A stretch of 55,126 nucleotides of DNA from Myxococcota bacterium. Its GTDB lineage: Bacteria; Myxococcota_A; UBA9042. The stretch lies in contig JBIKTV010000001.1 of NCBI GenBank assembly GCA_044347905.1, positions 1 through 55,126 of the forward strand, written 5' to 3'. Below are positions 38,251 to 46,385 of the stretch, one piece after another. Under the pieces are notes generated by a model that was not told the origin of the DNA, made no database searches, and worked only from the letters and a program-made list of their open reading frames with translations. How positions within the stretch are numbered: position 1 is the first letter of the stretch; each line of letters begins with the position of its first letter. Made by a program: the position numbers and the translations under genes.

Positions 38251-39339
38251 ATGGCCAGCTCCTCCCCGTCCGCACCGCCGCCCAGCCGCCTGCGCTGGCT
38301 TGAAATCTCGCCAGGTTATGCGTGCAACTGCCGGTGTCTAGGCTGCTATTCGTGTAGCGCCGACGGCAAGGACCAGATGGAGTGGCCCGAGGTGTCGCAC
38401 TGGCTGCAGAAGGGCCGGCGCATGGGGGCGCAGCACTTGTGGCTCTCTGGCGGCGAACCAACGCTGCGCAAAGATTTTTTGTCGACACTGCAAGCGGCTC
38501 GCCAGCTGGGCTATCAGCGCATCAAGGTGCAGACAAACGGGATGCTGTTTAGTTACCCGCAGTTTGTCGCCAAGGCCAGGGCCGCCGGGATGACCGAAGT
38601 CAACCTGCTGCTCAAGAGCCTGGACCCCAAAGTCCACGACGCCCTGAACCGCACGCCCGGCTCGCACGCGCTGCTGGACAAGGCGGTCGATGTGCTGGCC
38701 AAGACCGATCTGCGCCTTGAGGGCGACGTGCTGATGACCACCAGAAACGCTGAGGAATTGCCCCAGCTCGTGCAGCACTACGCCCAGCGCGGCCTGCGCC
38801 ATTTCAACTTCTGGCTGTTTTCGCTGGTCGATCAGGGCGATCGCGATCTCGCGCGGCTGATCCCGCGGCTGACGGACCTCGCGCCGCTGATGCTGCAAGC
38901 CCGCGAGCTGGCCCATCGCCACGGTGCAAGCGTTTGTTCTCTCAATACGCCCCACTGCAGCGTGCCGCCAGAGGCCTGGGACCTGCAGTTTGACGCCAAG
39001 GGCATGGGCCTGCTGGTGGTCAATCCGGGCGGGCAGGCCTTTGCCCTGGAGACGAGCTCGATCGAGCAGGGGCGTTATGTGGGCGCGTGCGAGACCTGTG
39101 CGGCGCGGCCCTGGTGCCACGGCATGCGCGACGACTATCTCAGGGTCCATGGGGAATCGGAACTTCATGCGCTGACGGCGGATCAGCTGGCGCTCGGTCG
39201 GCCTCAGGGCTCGCGACTTGAGCTGCCGCTGCCTCGGGCGGAACCGCTGCCTCGGACGGAGCTGTTGGCTGATCGTCCAGACCTGCGGGGCTCTGACCCG
39301 GTGCCGGCGGAAGAGGCGATGCGGCCAAGCGATTCTTGA
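38251..39339 (+). CDS. Radical SAM enzyme with a C-terminal Cys cluster (SPASM/twitch-like)
   Basis: CNCRCLGC = CxxxCxxC at 38323..38346. LWLSGGEPTL (SAM-binding GGE). C-terminal CETCAARPWCHG. Pro/Leu/Arg-rich tail. Confidence 0.8.
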   Translation: MASSSPSAPPPSRLRWLEISPGYACNCRCLGCYSCSADGKDQMEWPEVSHWLQKGRRMGAQHLWLSGGEPTLRKDFLSTLQAARQLGYQRIKVQTNGMLFSYPQFVAKARAAGMTEVNLLLKSLDPKVHDALNRTPGSHALLDKAVDVLAKTDLRLEGDVLMTTRNAEELPQLVQHYAQRGLRHFNFWLFSLVDQGDRDLARLIPRLTDLAPLMLQARELAHRHGASVCSLNTPHCSVPPEAWDLQFDAKGMGLLVVNPGGQAFALETSSIEQGRYVGACETCAARPWCHGMRDDYLRVHGESELHALTADQLALGRPQGSRLELPLPRAEPLPRTELLADRPDLRGSDPVPAEEAMRPSDS

Positions 39340-40291
39340 GGATCAGCGCGGCCTTGGTTGCGTTGCCCTCTAGCACAGCGACAAAGGCGACCGTCAACAT
39401 AAAGGCGATGTTGGCGTAGAACATCCACAGGAGCAGCGCCACAACGCCGGTCAGCGCGCCGTAAACCGCGTCCATGTGCACCACGGACTTCACGTACAGC
39501 GTAAAGACCTGCTGGCCGACCATCCACAGCAGGCCAAAAGCCAGTGCCGTCAGCGAAAGCCGCCGCTTGCCCACCCGGCCGACAGACCAGCGCACCAGCA
39601 GGTAAAACACCAGCGATACCGGCACCGCTTGCGACACCATCACCAGCAGCGCCACCCCGTCCAAATAGCCCAAGCTCACCGTGCGCACGCTGGTTTTGGC
39701 CACATAGGCGCCCAGCTCCACCAACGGGCCCAACAGGTTGATCAGCAGGGCAAACACCACCATGATCGACACCAACCCGGCCATGTAACCGGCGGCGCGA
39801 ATGGTCGATCGGCGCGGCTTGCCAAACAGGTCGCGCACCAGATCGTCGATGCTGCCAAACACGGTCAAGCCCAAGAAGATCGCCAGCACAAAGCCCACCA
39901 GACCGTGGGTCGTGCGGTGGCGCACCAGCGCGGCGGCGAATTCCGCAGGGTTCCAGGTGATTCCCGGCAAGGATTGGCGCATCCACAGGGTCAGCTGGCT
40001 CAGGGTGGACGACTGCAGCTCCAGGTCCAAGCCTGTGACATTGCCGGCTTTATCCACTGCTCCCAGCAGATAGCCGATGACGGAGAAAGCCGCCAGCAGG
40101 GTCGGCACCGCCGCGAGCATGGAGTAGGCCGCCAGCGCCGCCGCCCGATCGAGCACGTGGAGCTGCACGCAGCGCTGCCAGACTTGACCCATCAGCGGGT
40201 GATCGAGCAACAGCTGCCGCACGCGCTGGCCCAAATGAGCGGCGCGGCGAAGGGGCGCAACGAGGCTTTGAACGGCAGAGAGCGGCTTCAT
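39140..40291 (-). CDS. YihY/BrkB family inner-membrane protein with a Pro/Ala-rich C-terminal tail
   Basis: LDRAAALAAYSMLAAVPTLLAAFSVIGY and about 6 TM segments typical of the YihY family. The tail overlaps the radical SAM 3' end (convergent, 200 nt). Confidence 0.8.
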   Translation of the reverse strand: MKPLSAVQSLVAPLRRAAHLGQRVRQLLLDHPLMGQVWQRCVQLHVLDRAAALAAYSMLAAVPTLLAAFSVIGYLLGAVDKAGNVTGLDLELQSSTLSQLTLWMRQSLPGITWNPAEFAAALVRHRTTHGLVGFVLAIFLGLTVFGSIDDLVRDLFGKPRRSTIRAAGYMAGLVSIMVVFALLINLLGPLVELGAYVAKTSVRTVSLGYLDGVALLVMVSQAVPVSLVFYLLVRWSVGRVGKRRLSLTALAFGLLWMVGQQVFTLYVKSVVHMDAVYGALTGVVALLLWMFYANIAFMLTVAFVAVLEGNATKAALILKNRLAASPLPPAPGQSPAGLDDQPTAPSEAAVPPEAAAAQVASPEADRAPADPPSAHEVPIPHGP

Positions 40292-40346
40292 GGCCGGACC
40301 ATAGCACGTTCGCGCGGCGGCGATGAGTGGCGCGGGCGCGGTTCCA

Positions 40347-40524
40347 ATTCAGGGGTCAAGAAAATGACCCCTGAAATCCTGGCCCCGCGCCCCTACTAGG
40401 TGGGCCGCAAGCGCTCCGGCCCCGCACGATGTCCCCCTATTGGCCGAGTCCATCTGGGCAGAGTCACCGCTTCCATGGCCGGCAGCGCCGCGGCGAGCCC
40501 TGGCCCCCTTTTTTGGATCCTCAC
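40347..40524 (+). repeat. Copy A of a ~178-nt intergenic repeat (hairpin plus a 58-nt invariant core); candidate cis-regulatory element, sRNA or MITE
   Basis: Aligns with 49309..49485. The first 97 nt differ at 8 positions. The 58-nt run ggccccgcgcccctactaggtgggccgcaagcgctccggccccgcacgatgtccccct (40381..40438) is identical in both copies. Confidence 0.8.
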
Positions 40525-40586
40525 CCGAGTGGCGCAGTCCCGGGGCCTTCGCTATTCTGCGGGCGGGGTCAAAAGGCGGTGGGCGG

Positions 40587-41330
40587 ATGCAGAGCGGGTT
40601 TTCGCGACGGGAATTTCTGGGTGCCGCGGCCGCGGGTGGCTTGCTGCTGCCGCGACTGATCCAGGCGGAAGAACCCGAGCTGCGCCGGGCGACGGCAGAG
40701 GACGAGAGCCGCTGGCAGCACCTCATGACGGAGAGCGGTGTGTCCGTGTGGCTGCGCGATGAGCCCGGGCGATCCCTGCCGATTTTCAAGGGCATCTCCA
40801 CGATCGACGCCGGCATGTTTGAGTGCTTGGCGGTGCTGGATGACACGGCCCGCCATGTCGATTGGATGAGCAACTGCAAGGTTTCGCGGGTGATCAAGTC
40901 GGTCGACGAGTTTGAGCGCTACGTCTACAACCGCACCCGCGCGCCGTGGCCGGTCAGCGATCGCGACGCCGTGGTCCATGGGACGATCCAGGGCAGCGTG
41001 GCCAAACGCGAAGTCTGGAGCCGCTTTCAGGCCGTGGCGCTGCCGCAGATGCCGCCGGTCGACGGGGTGGTGCGCATGCCGGTGCTGCGGGGCTATTACC
41101 GCATGCAGTCCCTCGACGAGAAGCACACGCGCATCACCTACCAGATCGACGCCGATTCCGGAGGGATGTTGCCCAATTGGCTGGTGTCGCGCACGGTGCG
41201 GCGGTTGCCAGTGGAGACGATCGTCGGGCTGCGAGCTCAGGTCGGGCGAACGCGCGGCAAGTACATGGGCTTCTTGCAGAAATACGATCCGACTTTTGGC
41301 GGCACGGTGCCGGAGCGGTTTCGCGATTAG
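40587..41330 (+). CDS. Tat-signal START/SRPBCC-superfamily lipid-binding domain protein
   Basis: ORF 40440..41330 trimmed to the ATG at 40587. Twin-arginine signal SRREFLGAAAAGG. START-like blocks FKGISTIDAGMFECLAVLDD...WM, RDAVVHG, ITYQIDADSGGMLPNWLV. Confidence 0.75.
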   Translation: MQSGFSRREFLGAAAAGGLLLPRLIQAEEPELRRATAEDESRWQHLMTESGVSVWLRDEPGRSLPIFKGISTIDAGMFECLAVLDDTARHVDWMSNCKVSRVIKSVDEFERYVYNRTRAPWPVSDRDAVVHGTIQGSVAKREVWSRFQAVALPQMPPVDGVVRMPVLRGYYRMQSLDEKHTRITYQIDADSGGMLPNWLVSRTVRRLPVETIVGLRAQVGRTRGKYMGFLQKYDPTFGGTVPERFRD

Positions 41331-41338
41331 GCCTGGCG

Positions 41339-42304
41339 CTATGGCGCGTTGCGCGGGCCTGCGGTGTACGGCGAGGCGAACACGCTCAGGTGGCTGCGGC
41401 TGGCGTCAATCGAGCGCAGTTCCATGTGCAGGCCCAGAGGTTCGCGCTGGGCCGTCAGCAGCAATTTGGCTGGCAGCAGAATGGGTTTGCGAAAGCGCGC
41501 CTCGACGACCAGCGGCGATCTGGGCAGGTCGTCTTCGCACTCGGCCAGGGTCCGCGCCAGGCTCCACATGCCGTGGGCAATCGCCTTGGGAAAGCCGAAG
41601 AGCCGCGCCGTCGCCGCGTGGAGGTGGATGGGATTCAGATCGCCGCTGATGGCCGCGTAGCGCCGCCCCGTGTCCTCAGGCACCCGGAGCAGGGTCGAGC
41701 GCAGAAGCGCGGGCTGGGCGGCCTGCTGGGGCCCTTGGTCGGGCAATTGCCCCTCTTGGGGCGGCGCTTGGGGCGCAATGGCCTCGCTCTGGACCGGCCG
41801 GCGCGCCAGCATGGTAAAGACGGAGCGCCACACCACCTCGCCGTGCACCGAGGCCTGGGTCACCAGATCGAACTCAATGCCGCGGTGGCTCTGGCGCGCA
41901 GGCTCAAAATGGCACGCCAAGTGCAGCGGATCCTCGGCCCGAATCGGCTGACGTTGATCAATGCGGTTGGCCACATGCACCAGCCCGAGCGCCGGCACGG
42001 GAAACTGCGGGTCTGTGACCATGATCAGGTGCAGCGGGCTCGCCATGACCTGGGGAAAAGTCAGCGGTAGCCAAGGGGAATCGACAAAGCCGCACAGGCG
42101 TCGATAGCGCGCCAGCAGCTGCAGATCGGCCTTTTGCGGCAGCATTTCAAGGTGCTGCGTGGGCTCGGTGGGCAAAGGGCCCTGGGGCTTGCGCGCCTGA
42201 GTCACGCCTCTGACCCACGCGGGCACGGTGCTGGGCGCGCGCTCATAAACGCGGCGGCTGGGACTAGTCACGGCTGGCCTCCGGTGCTGCGATGGGCCGG
42301 CCAC
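41339..42304 (-). CDS. MaoC-like (R)-specific enoyl-CoA hydratase/dehydratase, double hot-dog
   Basis: N-terminal pseudo-hotdog (LLARYRRLCGF, FPVPALGLVHVANRI) and C-terminal hydratase motif YAAISGDLNPIHL...AIAHGMW. GTG start at 42304 is uncertain (alternative ATG at 42145). Overlaps the upstream gene by 37 nt. Confidence 0.8.
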   Translation of the reverse strand: MAGPSQHRRPAVTSPSRRVYERAPSTVPAWVRGVTQARKPQGPLPTEPTQHLEMLPQKADLQLLARYRRLCGFVDSPWLPLTFPQVMASPLHLIMVTDPQFPVPALGLVHVANRIDQRQPIRAEDPLHLACHFEPARQSHRGIEFDLVTQASVHGEVVWRSVFTMLARRPVQSEAIAPQAPPQEGQLPDQGPQQAAQPALLRSTLLRVPEDTGRRYAAISGDLNPIHLHAATARLFGFPKAIAHGMWSLARTLAECEDDLPRSPLVVEARFRKPILLPAKLLLTAQREPLGLHMELRSIDASRSHLSVFASPYTAGPRNAP

Positions 42305-44166
42305 AGCGGCTCCTGACTCCAGGCGGCGGGCCAGGGCGATCCGCGGTTGCCGGCGATGTCCTCACCTTGGCTGCCCACGGCAAAGTTGTTGAAATCGCTA
42401 AAGGCGCGCTCGCGGTTGGTGCGGCCGTCGCGCTGTCGCATGGGTCTGAGGCGGGTGCTTGCGGGGCCGGTGGATTCGGATTCACCGCTCGCTTCCAGCT
42501 GGCAAACCTCGTGGGGCCCCAGCCGCAGATCCACCAGCGCCCCTTGGCGAGCCGGATTGAGCAATTGCTCTTCATTGCCAATGGGATCGCTGACCGTCTT
42601 GGCCTTTAGCGTCCACACCAGCAGCGAAGTCGGATCCTGATCGGGATACGTCTCTGCCAGCAGATCGCGTTCGCCGTAGAACTGTTTGCCGATGTCGTTC
42701 TGGTTCACTGGCCCAGCCATCAGGCACAAACCGCAAAGCAAATCGCAGTCTTCTGGTAGGTCGACCACGCCCATCAGCTCGGCCACCAACGCCGATCGCG
42801 CCGCCGCGGCCCCGGTGGCCCTGACCGCGTGCTCCCAGTCCAGGTGGTAGCGGTCCACGCCCTTGCGCGACAGCCCGCCGATGTAGATGCGCTGACCCAC
42901 CAAGGCAAAGGCCTTTCGGCCCTTTTCAGCGTTGCGAGACAGAGCCTTGCCCGTCGGCAGATCCGCCCACAGCGGCAGGTTGGCGATCAGCTTGTCGGTC
43001 ACGCGGTTCTGCTGGTCGCTCATCTCTGCCAGGCGCCGCTCGCCATCGGCTGTGAGCACATCCACCCGGTCCAAAAGCAGAAGATCCTTGGCTTTATCCC
43101 GCCCGCAATTGGTCCAGTGGTCAAAGGCGTTGTAGGCCGCGCGGCCGCACTGCGTGACCAATTCGTCTGGCACATCCATGGTCTGCCGCGCCTGGTATTC
43201 GGCCGGCGCCGTCTTTTCCGCGTTGACCCCCGGCAGAATGCGCTCGCTGCGAAAGGCCAGCAGGTTCGCTCCGACTTTCCTCAGGGTTTGCGCGGCGATC
43301 GGCGGGCGCTCCGCTGCTGCCACCTGGCCGACCTGCACCACCAGCGCCACCTTCCAGCCCTGGGCGCGCTGCTGCAGAGTCAGCCCGCACAGTTCTTCAA
43401 GCGCGTGGGCCACCGGCTTGTTGTCCCGCCGACCGCGACCGCAGAACGGCTGCATGAACACCTGGGCCATGCGCTCACCGCCCGAGGCGATCACCGCGGC
43501 CCTCTCCATCGCATCGGCCAAAATTCCCACGTGCAGGTGCTGCAGGTAGCCGATGGTCGGAATATCGTCGCTGTGGTGCACGCGTTTCTGATACGCGCGT
43601 TGGGCGACACTCGCCAGAGAAAGCAGCGGCTTGTGGCCCACAAAGGTGAGCAGAAGGGTAAAGGGCGTGCGGTACGGCCGCGCCAGCACGACATGGGTAT
43701 ACGCTGCGTTGTCAAGCACTTCTGCTTCGCGGTACAGCAAAGAGCGCAGCAAGTGGCCGATCTGCACCGACGTCTCTGGACCAAAGCTCATCTGGCGGTG
43801 GCCGGCAAAGTTGGTCGACTGCCGCGAAGACAGCACGCCCAGGCTGGATTCCTCAAACAGTTCGCGCTCTGACACCGTGCCGCTGGGCTCAAACTGCTTG
43901 GGACGGGGCAGGGCGAGCAGGGTCAACGCCTGGCGCGCTTCGGCAGAACTGAGCGCCAAGCGCGTGCGATAGCCCACGGGCGAAGCGCTGTCCAGGCTCG
44001 ACGGCAAGCTGTAGCGCGTGCGCTTTTCACCAGGGCCCGCGGCGCGGATCTGCCGGCGCTGGCGCTCTTGGCTAGGCGGTGGGGCGATCGCCACGACCTC
44101 GATCGGCTTGCCGTCGCCGCGATCGGCAAAAGGCGGGCTGTGGCGGCTGCTGCTGGGGCTGCGCAT
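42268..44166 (-). CDS. Hypothetical 632-aa protein, no family recognised by eye
   Basis: Part of ORF 42268..44616, with the start set at the ATG at 44166 so it does not overlap mgtE. Strong G/C third-position bias across the whole length. No P-loop, signal peptide or TM segment seen. The antisense ORF 42829..43872 is Arg/Gln/His-rich shadow. Confidence 0.6.
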   Translation of the reverse strand: MRSPSSSRHSPPFADRGDGKPIEVVAIAPPPSQERQRRQIRAAGPGEKRTRYSLPSSLDSASPVGYRTRLALSSAEARQALTLLALPRPKQFEPSGTVSERELFEESSLGVLSSRQSTNFAGHRQMSFGPETSVQIGHLLRSLLYREAEVLDNAAYTHVVLARPYRTPFTLLLTFVGHKPLLSLASVAQRAYQKRVHHSDDIPTIGYLQHLHVGILADAMERAAVIASGGERMAQVFMQPFCGRGRRDNKPVAHALEELCGLTLQQRAQGWKVALVVQVGQVAAAERPPIAAQTLRKVGANLLAFRSERILPGVNAEKTAPAEYQARQTMDVPDELVTQCGRAAYNAFDHWTNCGRDKAKDLLLLDRVDVLTADGERRLAEMSDQQNRVTDKLIANLPLWADLPTGKALSRNAEKGRKAFALVGQRIYIGGLSRKGVDRYHLDWEHAVRATGAAAARSALVAELMGVVDLPEDCDLLCGLCLMAGPVNQNDIGKQFYGERDLLAETYPDQDPTSLLVWTLKAKTVSDPIGNEEQLLNPARQGALVDLRLGPHEVCQLEASGESESTGPASTRLRPMRQRDGRTNRERAFSDFNNFAVGSQGEDIAGNRGSPWPAAWSQEPLWPAHRSTGGQP

Positions 44167-44344
44167 CGGGACTCCGCGGCAAAGATGGCCGGTCAAGATG
44201 GGCAATTGCGACAGACGGACGGCCTGCGTGTCAACCCTGCATCGGTCGCCTAACGATCGCGGGCCGCACCAGGGTAGGCGGCGCCGCCGTTTCGTGGTAT
44301 CGACGCGCGCCCCGGGGCTCGAGCCCGCGGCAGGAGGGGGTCTC

Positions 44345-45643
44345 ATGTCGGTCACAGAGCTGGTTGAACTGTGGGCAGATCTGAGCCAAGAGGCGCAGCT
44401 ACAAGGGTTCCGCGCTCTTGGCCGCGATGACGCGGAGGCGTTCTTCTCGTCCATTGCCTCCCGCGATGCCGCCGAGCTGCTGCTCTGCCTGCCGCCGTCC
44501 GAGCGCCGGACCTGGATGCGCTTGCTCGCCCCCGACGACGCCGCCGACCTTTTGCAGGAGGTCTCTGCGGAAGAGCGCATCGCCCTCCTTGGGCTGTTGG
44601 ATGAAGTAAATCGCAAGGAAGTCGCGGTCTTGCTCGCCTATGCTGAAGACGACGCCGGCGGCCTGATGTCGACCCGCTATGCGCGCTTGCGGCCAGAACT
44701 GCGCGTTGACGAAGCGCTCTTGTACCTCCGGCGCCAGGCAAAAGAGCACTTGGAGACCATCTACTACGTCTACGTCACCGATCAAGAGCAGCGCCTGCTC
44801 GGGGTTGTGTCGCTCCGGCAGCTGTTCCAGGCCCCTGCCCAGGCCACGGTGCGCGAAGTCATGCAACCGGCGGTGGTCACCGTACGCGAAGATAGCGATC
44901 AGGAAGCGGTTTCTCGGCTTTTTCGCCACTACGGCTTTCTCGCCATCCCGGTAGTCGACGGCGAAGATCACATCAAGGGCATCGTGACCATGGACGACAT
45001 CGTCGACGTGGTTGATGAAGAAGCTACCGAGGATGCACAGAAATTCGGCGGTATGGAGGCTCTGGATGACGCCTACCTGGACACGGGCCTTTGGCAAATG
45101 TTCAAGAAGCGCGCCGGTTGGCTCGCGGTGCTATTTGTCGGCGAAATGCTCACTGCCAGCGCCATGGCCCACTTTGAAGACGAGATCGCCAAGGCGGTCG
45201 TGCTGGCCCTGTTTGTGCCGCTGATCATCAGTTCTGGCGGCAATTCCGGCTCCCAGGCCTCGACATTGGTCATTCGCGCCATGGCCTTGGGCGAATTGCG
45301 GATGCGCGACGCCCTCAAAGTCGCCAAGCGCGAATTAGTGACAGGTTTTGCCCTGGGCGGCGTTCTGGCGGTCCTCGGCCTGCTTCGCGTGACATTGTGG
45401 GATGTTTTCTTTGGCAGTTATGGCGACCACGCCTTGCGGATCGGCTTTGTCGTCGGCATTTCTCTCATCGGCGTGGTGATGTTCGGCACCTTTGTCGGCT
45501 CGATGTTGCCAATCTTTTTGCGGCGGATGGGCTTCGATCCGGCCTCGGCCTCGGCCCCCTTTGTGGCGACTTTGGTCGACGTCACCGGCCTGCTGATCTA
45601 CTTCTCTGTTGCAAGTGCGGTTCTTGGTGGCACACTACTGTGA
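44345..45643 (+). CDS. mgtE: Magnesium transporter MgtE
   Basis: ORF 44018..45643 trimmed to the ATG at 44345 (ggaggggg RBS upstream). MgtE N-domain, tandem CBS (LLGVVSLRQL, IKGIVTMDDIVDV), TM domain with PLIISSGGNSGSQ and DVTGLLIYF. Confidence 0.95.
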   Translation: MSVTELVELWADLSQEAQLQGFRALGRDDAEAFFSSIASRDAAELLLCLPPSERRTWMRLLAPDDAADLLQEVSAEERIALLGLLDEVNRKEVAVLLAYAEDDAGGLMSTRYARLRPELRVDEALLYLRRQAKEHLETIYYVYVTDQEQRLLGVVSLRQLFQAPAQATVREVMQPAVVTVREDSDQEAVSRLFRHYGFLAIPVVDGEDHIKGIVTMDDIVDVVDEEATEDAQKFGGMEALDDAYLDTGLWQMFKKRAGWLAVLFVGEMLTASAMAHFEDEIAKAVVLALFVPLIISSGGNSGSQASTLVIRAMALGELRMRDALKVAKRELVTGFALGGVLAVLGLLRVTLWDVFFGSYGDHALRIGFVVGISLIGVVMFGTFVGSMLPIFLRRMGFDPASASAPFVATLVDVTGLLIYFSVASAVLGGTLL

Positions 45644-45748
45644 CGCGCGGGTGACGCCTGCGTCAATTCGTTGGTCGATGGGCCCCGGGGTGGTCAGCCT
45701 ACCAACCGACGAACCCTGACGCACAGTCGCCCGGCAGGAGCGGTTCAC

Positions 45749-46051
45749 GTGAATCATTTTTCGCTGCCTCTGACTGAAAGCCAGCTGGCGTCCTTGTCGG
45801 TGCGCCTGCGGGTTCTGGGAGATCCTGTGCGTTTGCGCCTGGTTCACCGCCTCGCCACGGGGCCCTGCGGTGTCTCAGAGCTGAGCCGGCATGTCGGTTC
45901 GACCCAGCCCAATGTGAGCAAACACCTCAAGGTTTTGCTCGGCGAGGGGGTGGTGGGCCGCACCCAAGTGCGCAATACGGCTATCTACGCGCTGATTGAC
46001 GACCAGGTGGCCAGCATGTGGAAGCTCGTCAAGGCGGCCGACGTGGAGTGA
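45749..46051 (+). CDS. ArsR/SmtB family transcriptional regulator
   Basis: GTG at 45749 after ggcaggag. LRVLGDPVRLRLVHRL, winged HTH VSELSRHVGSTQPNVSKHLKVL. Confidence 0.85.
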   Translation: MNHFSLPLTESQLASLSVRLRVLGDPVRLRLVHRLATGPCGVSELSRHVGSTQPNVSKHLKVLLGEGVVGRTQVRNTAIYALIDDQVASMWKLVKAADVE

Positions 46052-46385
46052 TCCACCGCGATTGTCCATGGAGTGGTGGCTGCCGTGCGGTTTGATGAGC
46101 CGAATCTGAAGGTGCTCACACGTTTGGCGAATCACGAAACCCTGCAAGACCTTGAAGGTGGTTTGTTGCACTCATTTGCTTTTGTCCGCATATCCACGGA
46201 CATTGGCTCAGTGTCTATTTGGCTGGCGTGCCTGCCTAACGACCGTCGAGTCCCTCCTCCGGGTCGCCTGAGCGCCGCGCCGCGATCAGCCCCGAGTTAC
46301 AGGTCCGCGGGCCACAGCGATTGGTGATCGCCTTGGGGAAGCGCTACCCTGCGTGACCGACCCGTCCTGGGCCGCCCGGAAGCCC

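Noticed and set aside
40364-40399. An 11-codon micro-ORF (MTPEILAPRPY / MPPEYPAPRPY) present in both repeat copies.
   Set aside because: 3 of the 11 codons differ non-synonymously. Copy A has no SD sequence and in copy B the SD directly abuts the ATG. It is kept only as a side note within the repeat finding.
40400-40762. ORFs 40400..40762 and 49362..49844, which share the N-terminus MGRKRSGPARCPP.
   Set aside because: The shared peptide is only the translation of the 58-nt invariant repeat core. After an indel the two frames diverge completely, so the conservation is not protein-coding.
44167-44344. Possible M-box (ykoK) magnesium riboswitch in the mgtE leader.
   Set aside because: I could not find the conserved M-box sequence blocks by eye. 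A cmscan against Rfam RF00380 would settle it.
44167-44616. The N-terminal 150 codons of track ORF 42268..44616, which would overlap the mgtE start by about 270 nt.
   Set aside because: This part is Ser/Arg-rich low-complexity sequence antisense to the conserved MgtE N-domain. An internal ATG at 44166 gives a sensible 178-nt divergent intergenic region.
46073-46327. An 84-codon ORF in the relatively low-GC 300-nt gap between arsR and the MFS gene (VVAAVRFDEPNLKVLTRLANHETLQDLEGG...).
   Set aside because: By hand count, third-position G/C is only about 62%, well below neighbouring genes. It has a GTG start without an RBS and no recognisable motif. It is more likely a promoter/operator region for the MFS gene or a decayed gene remnant.
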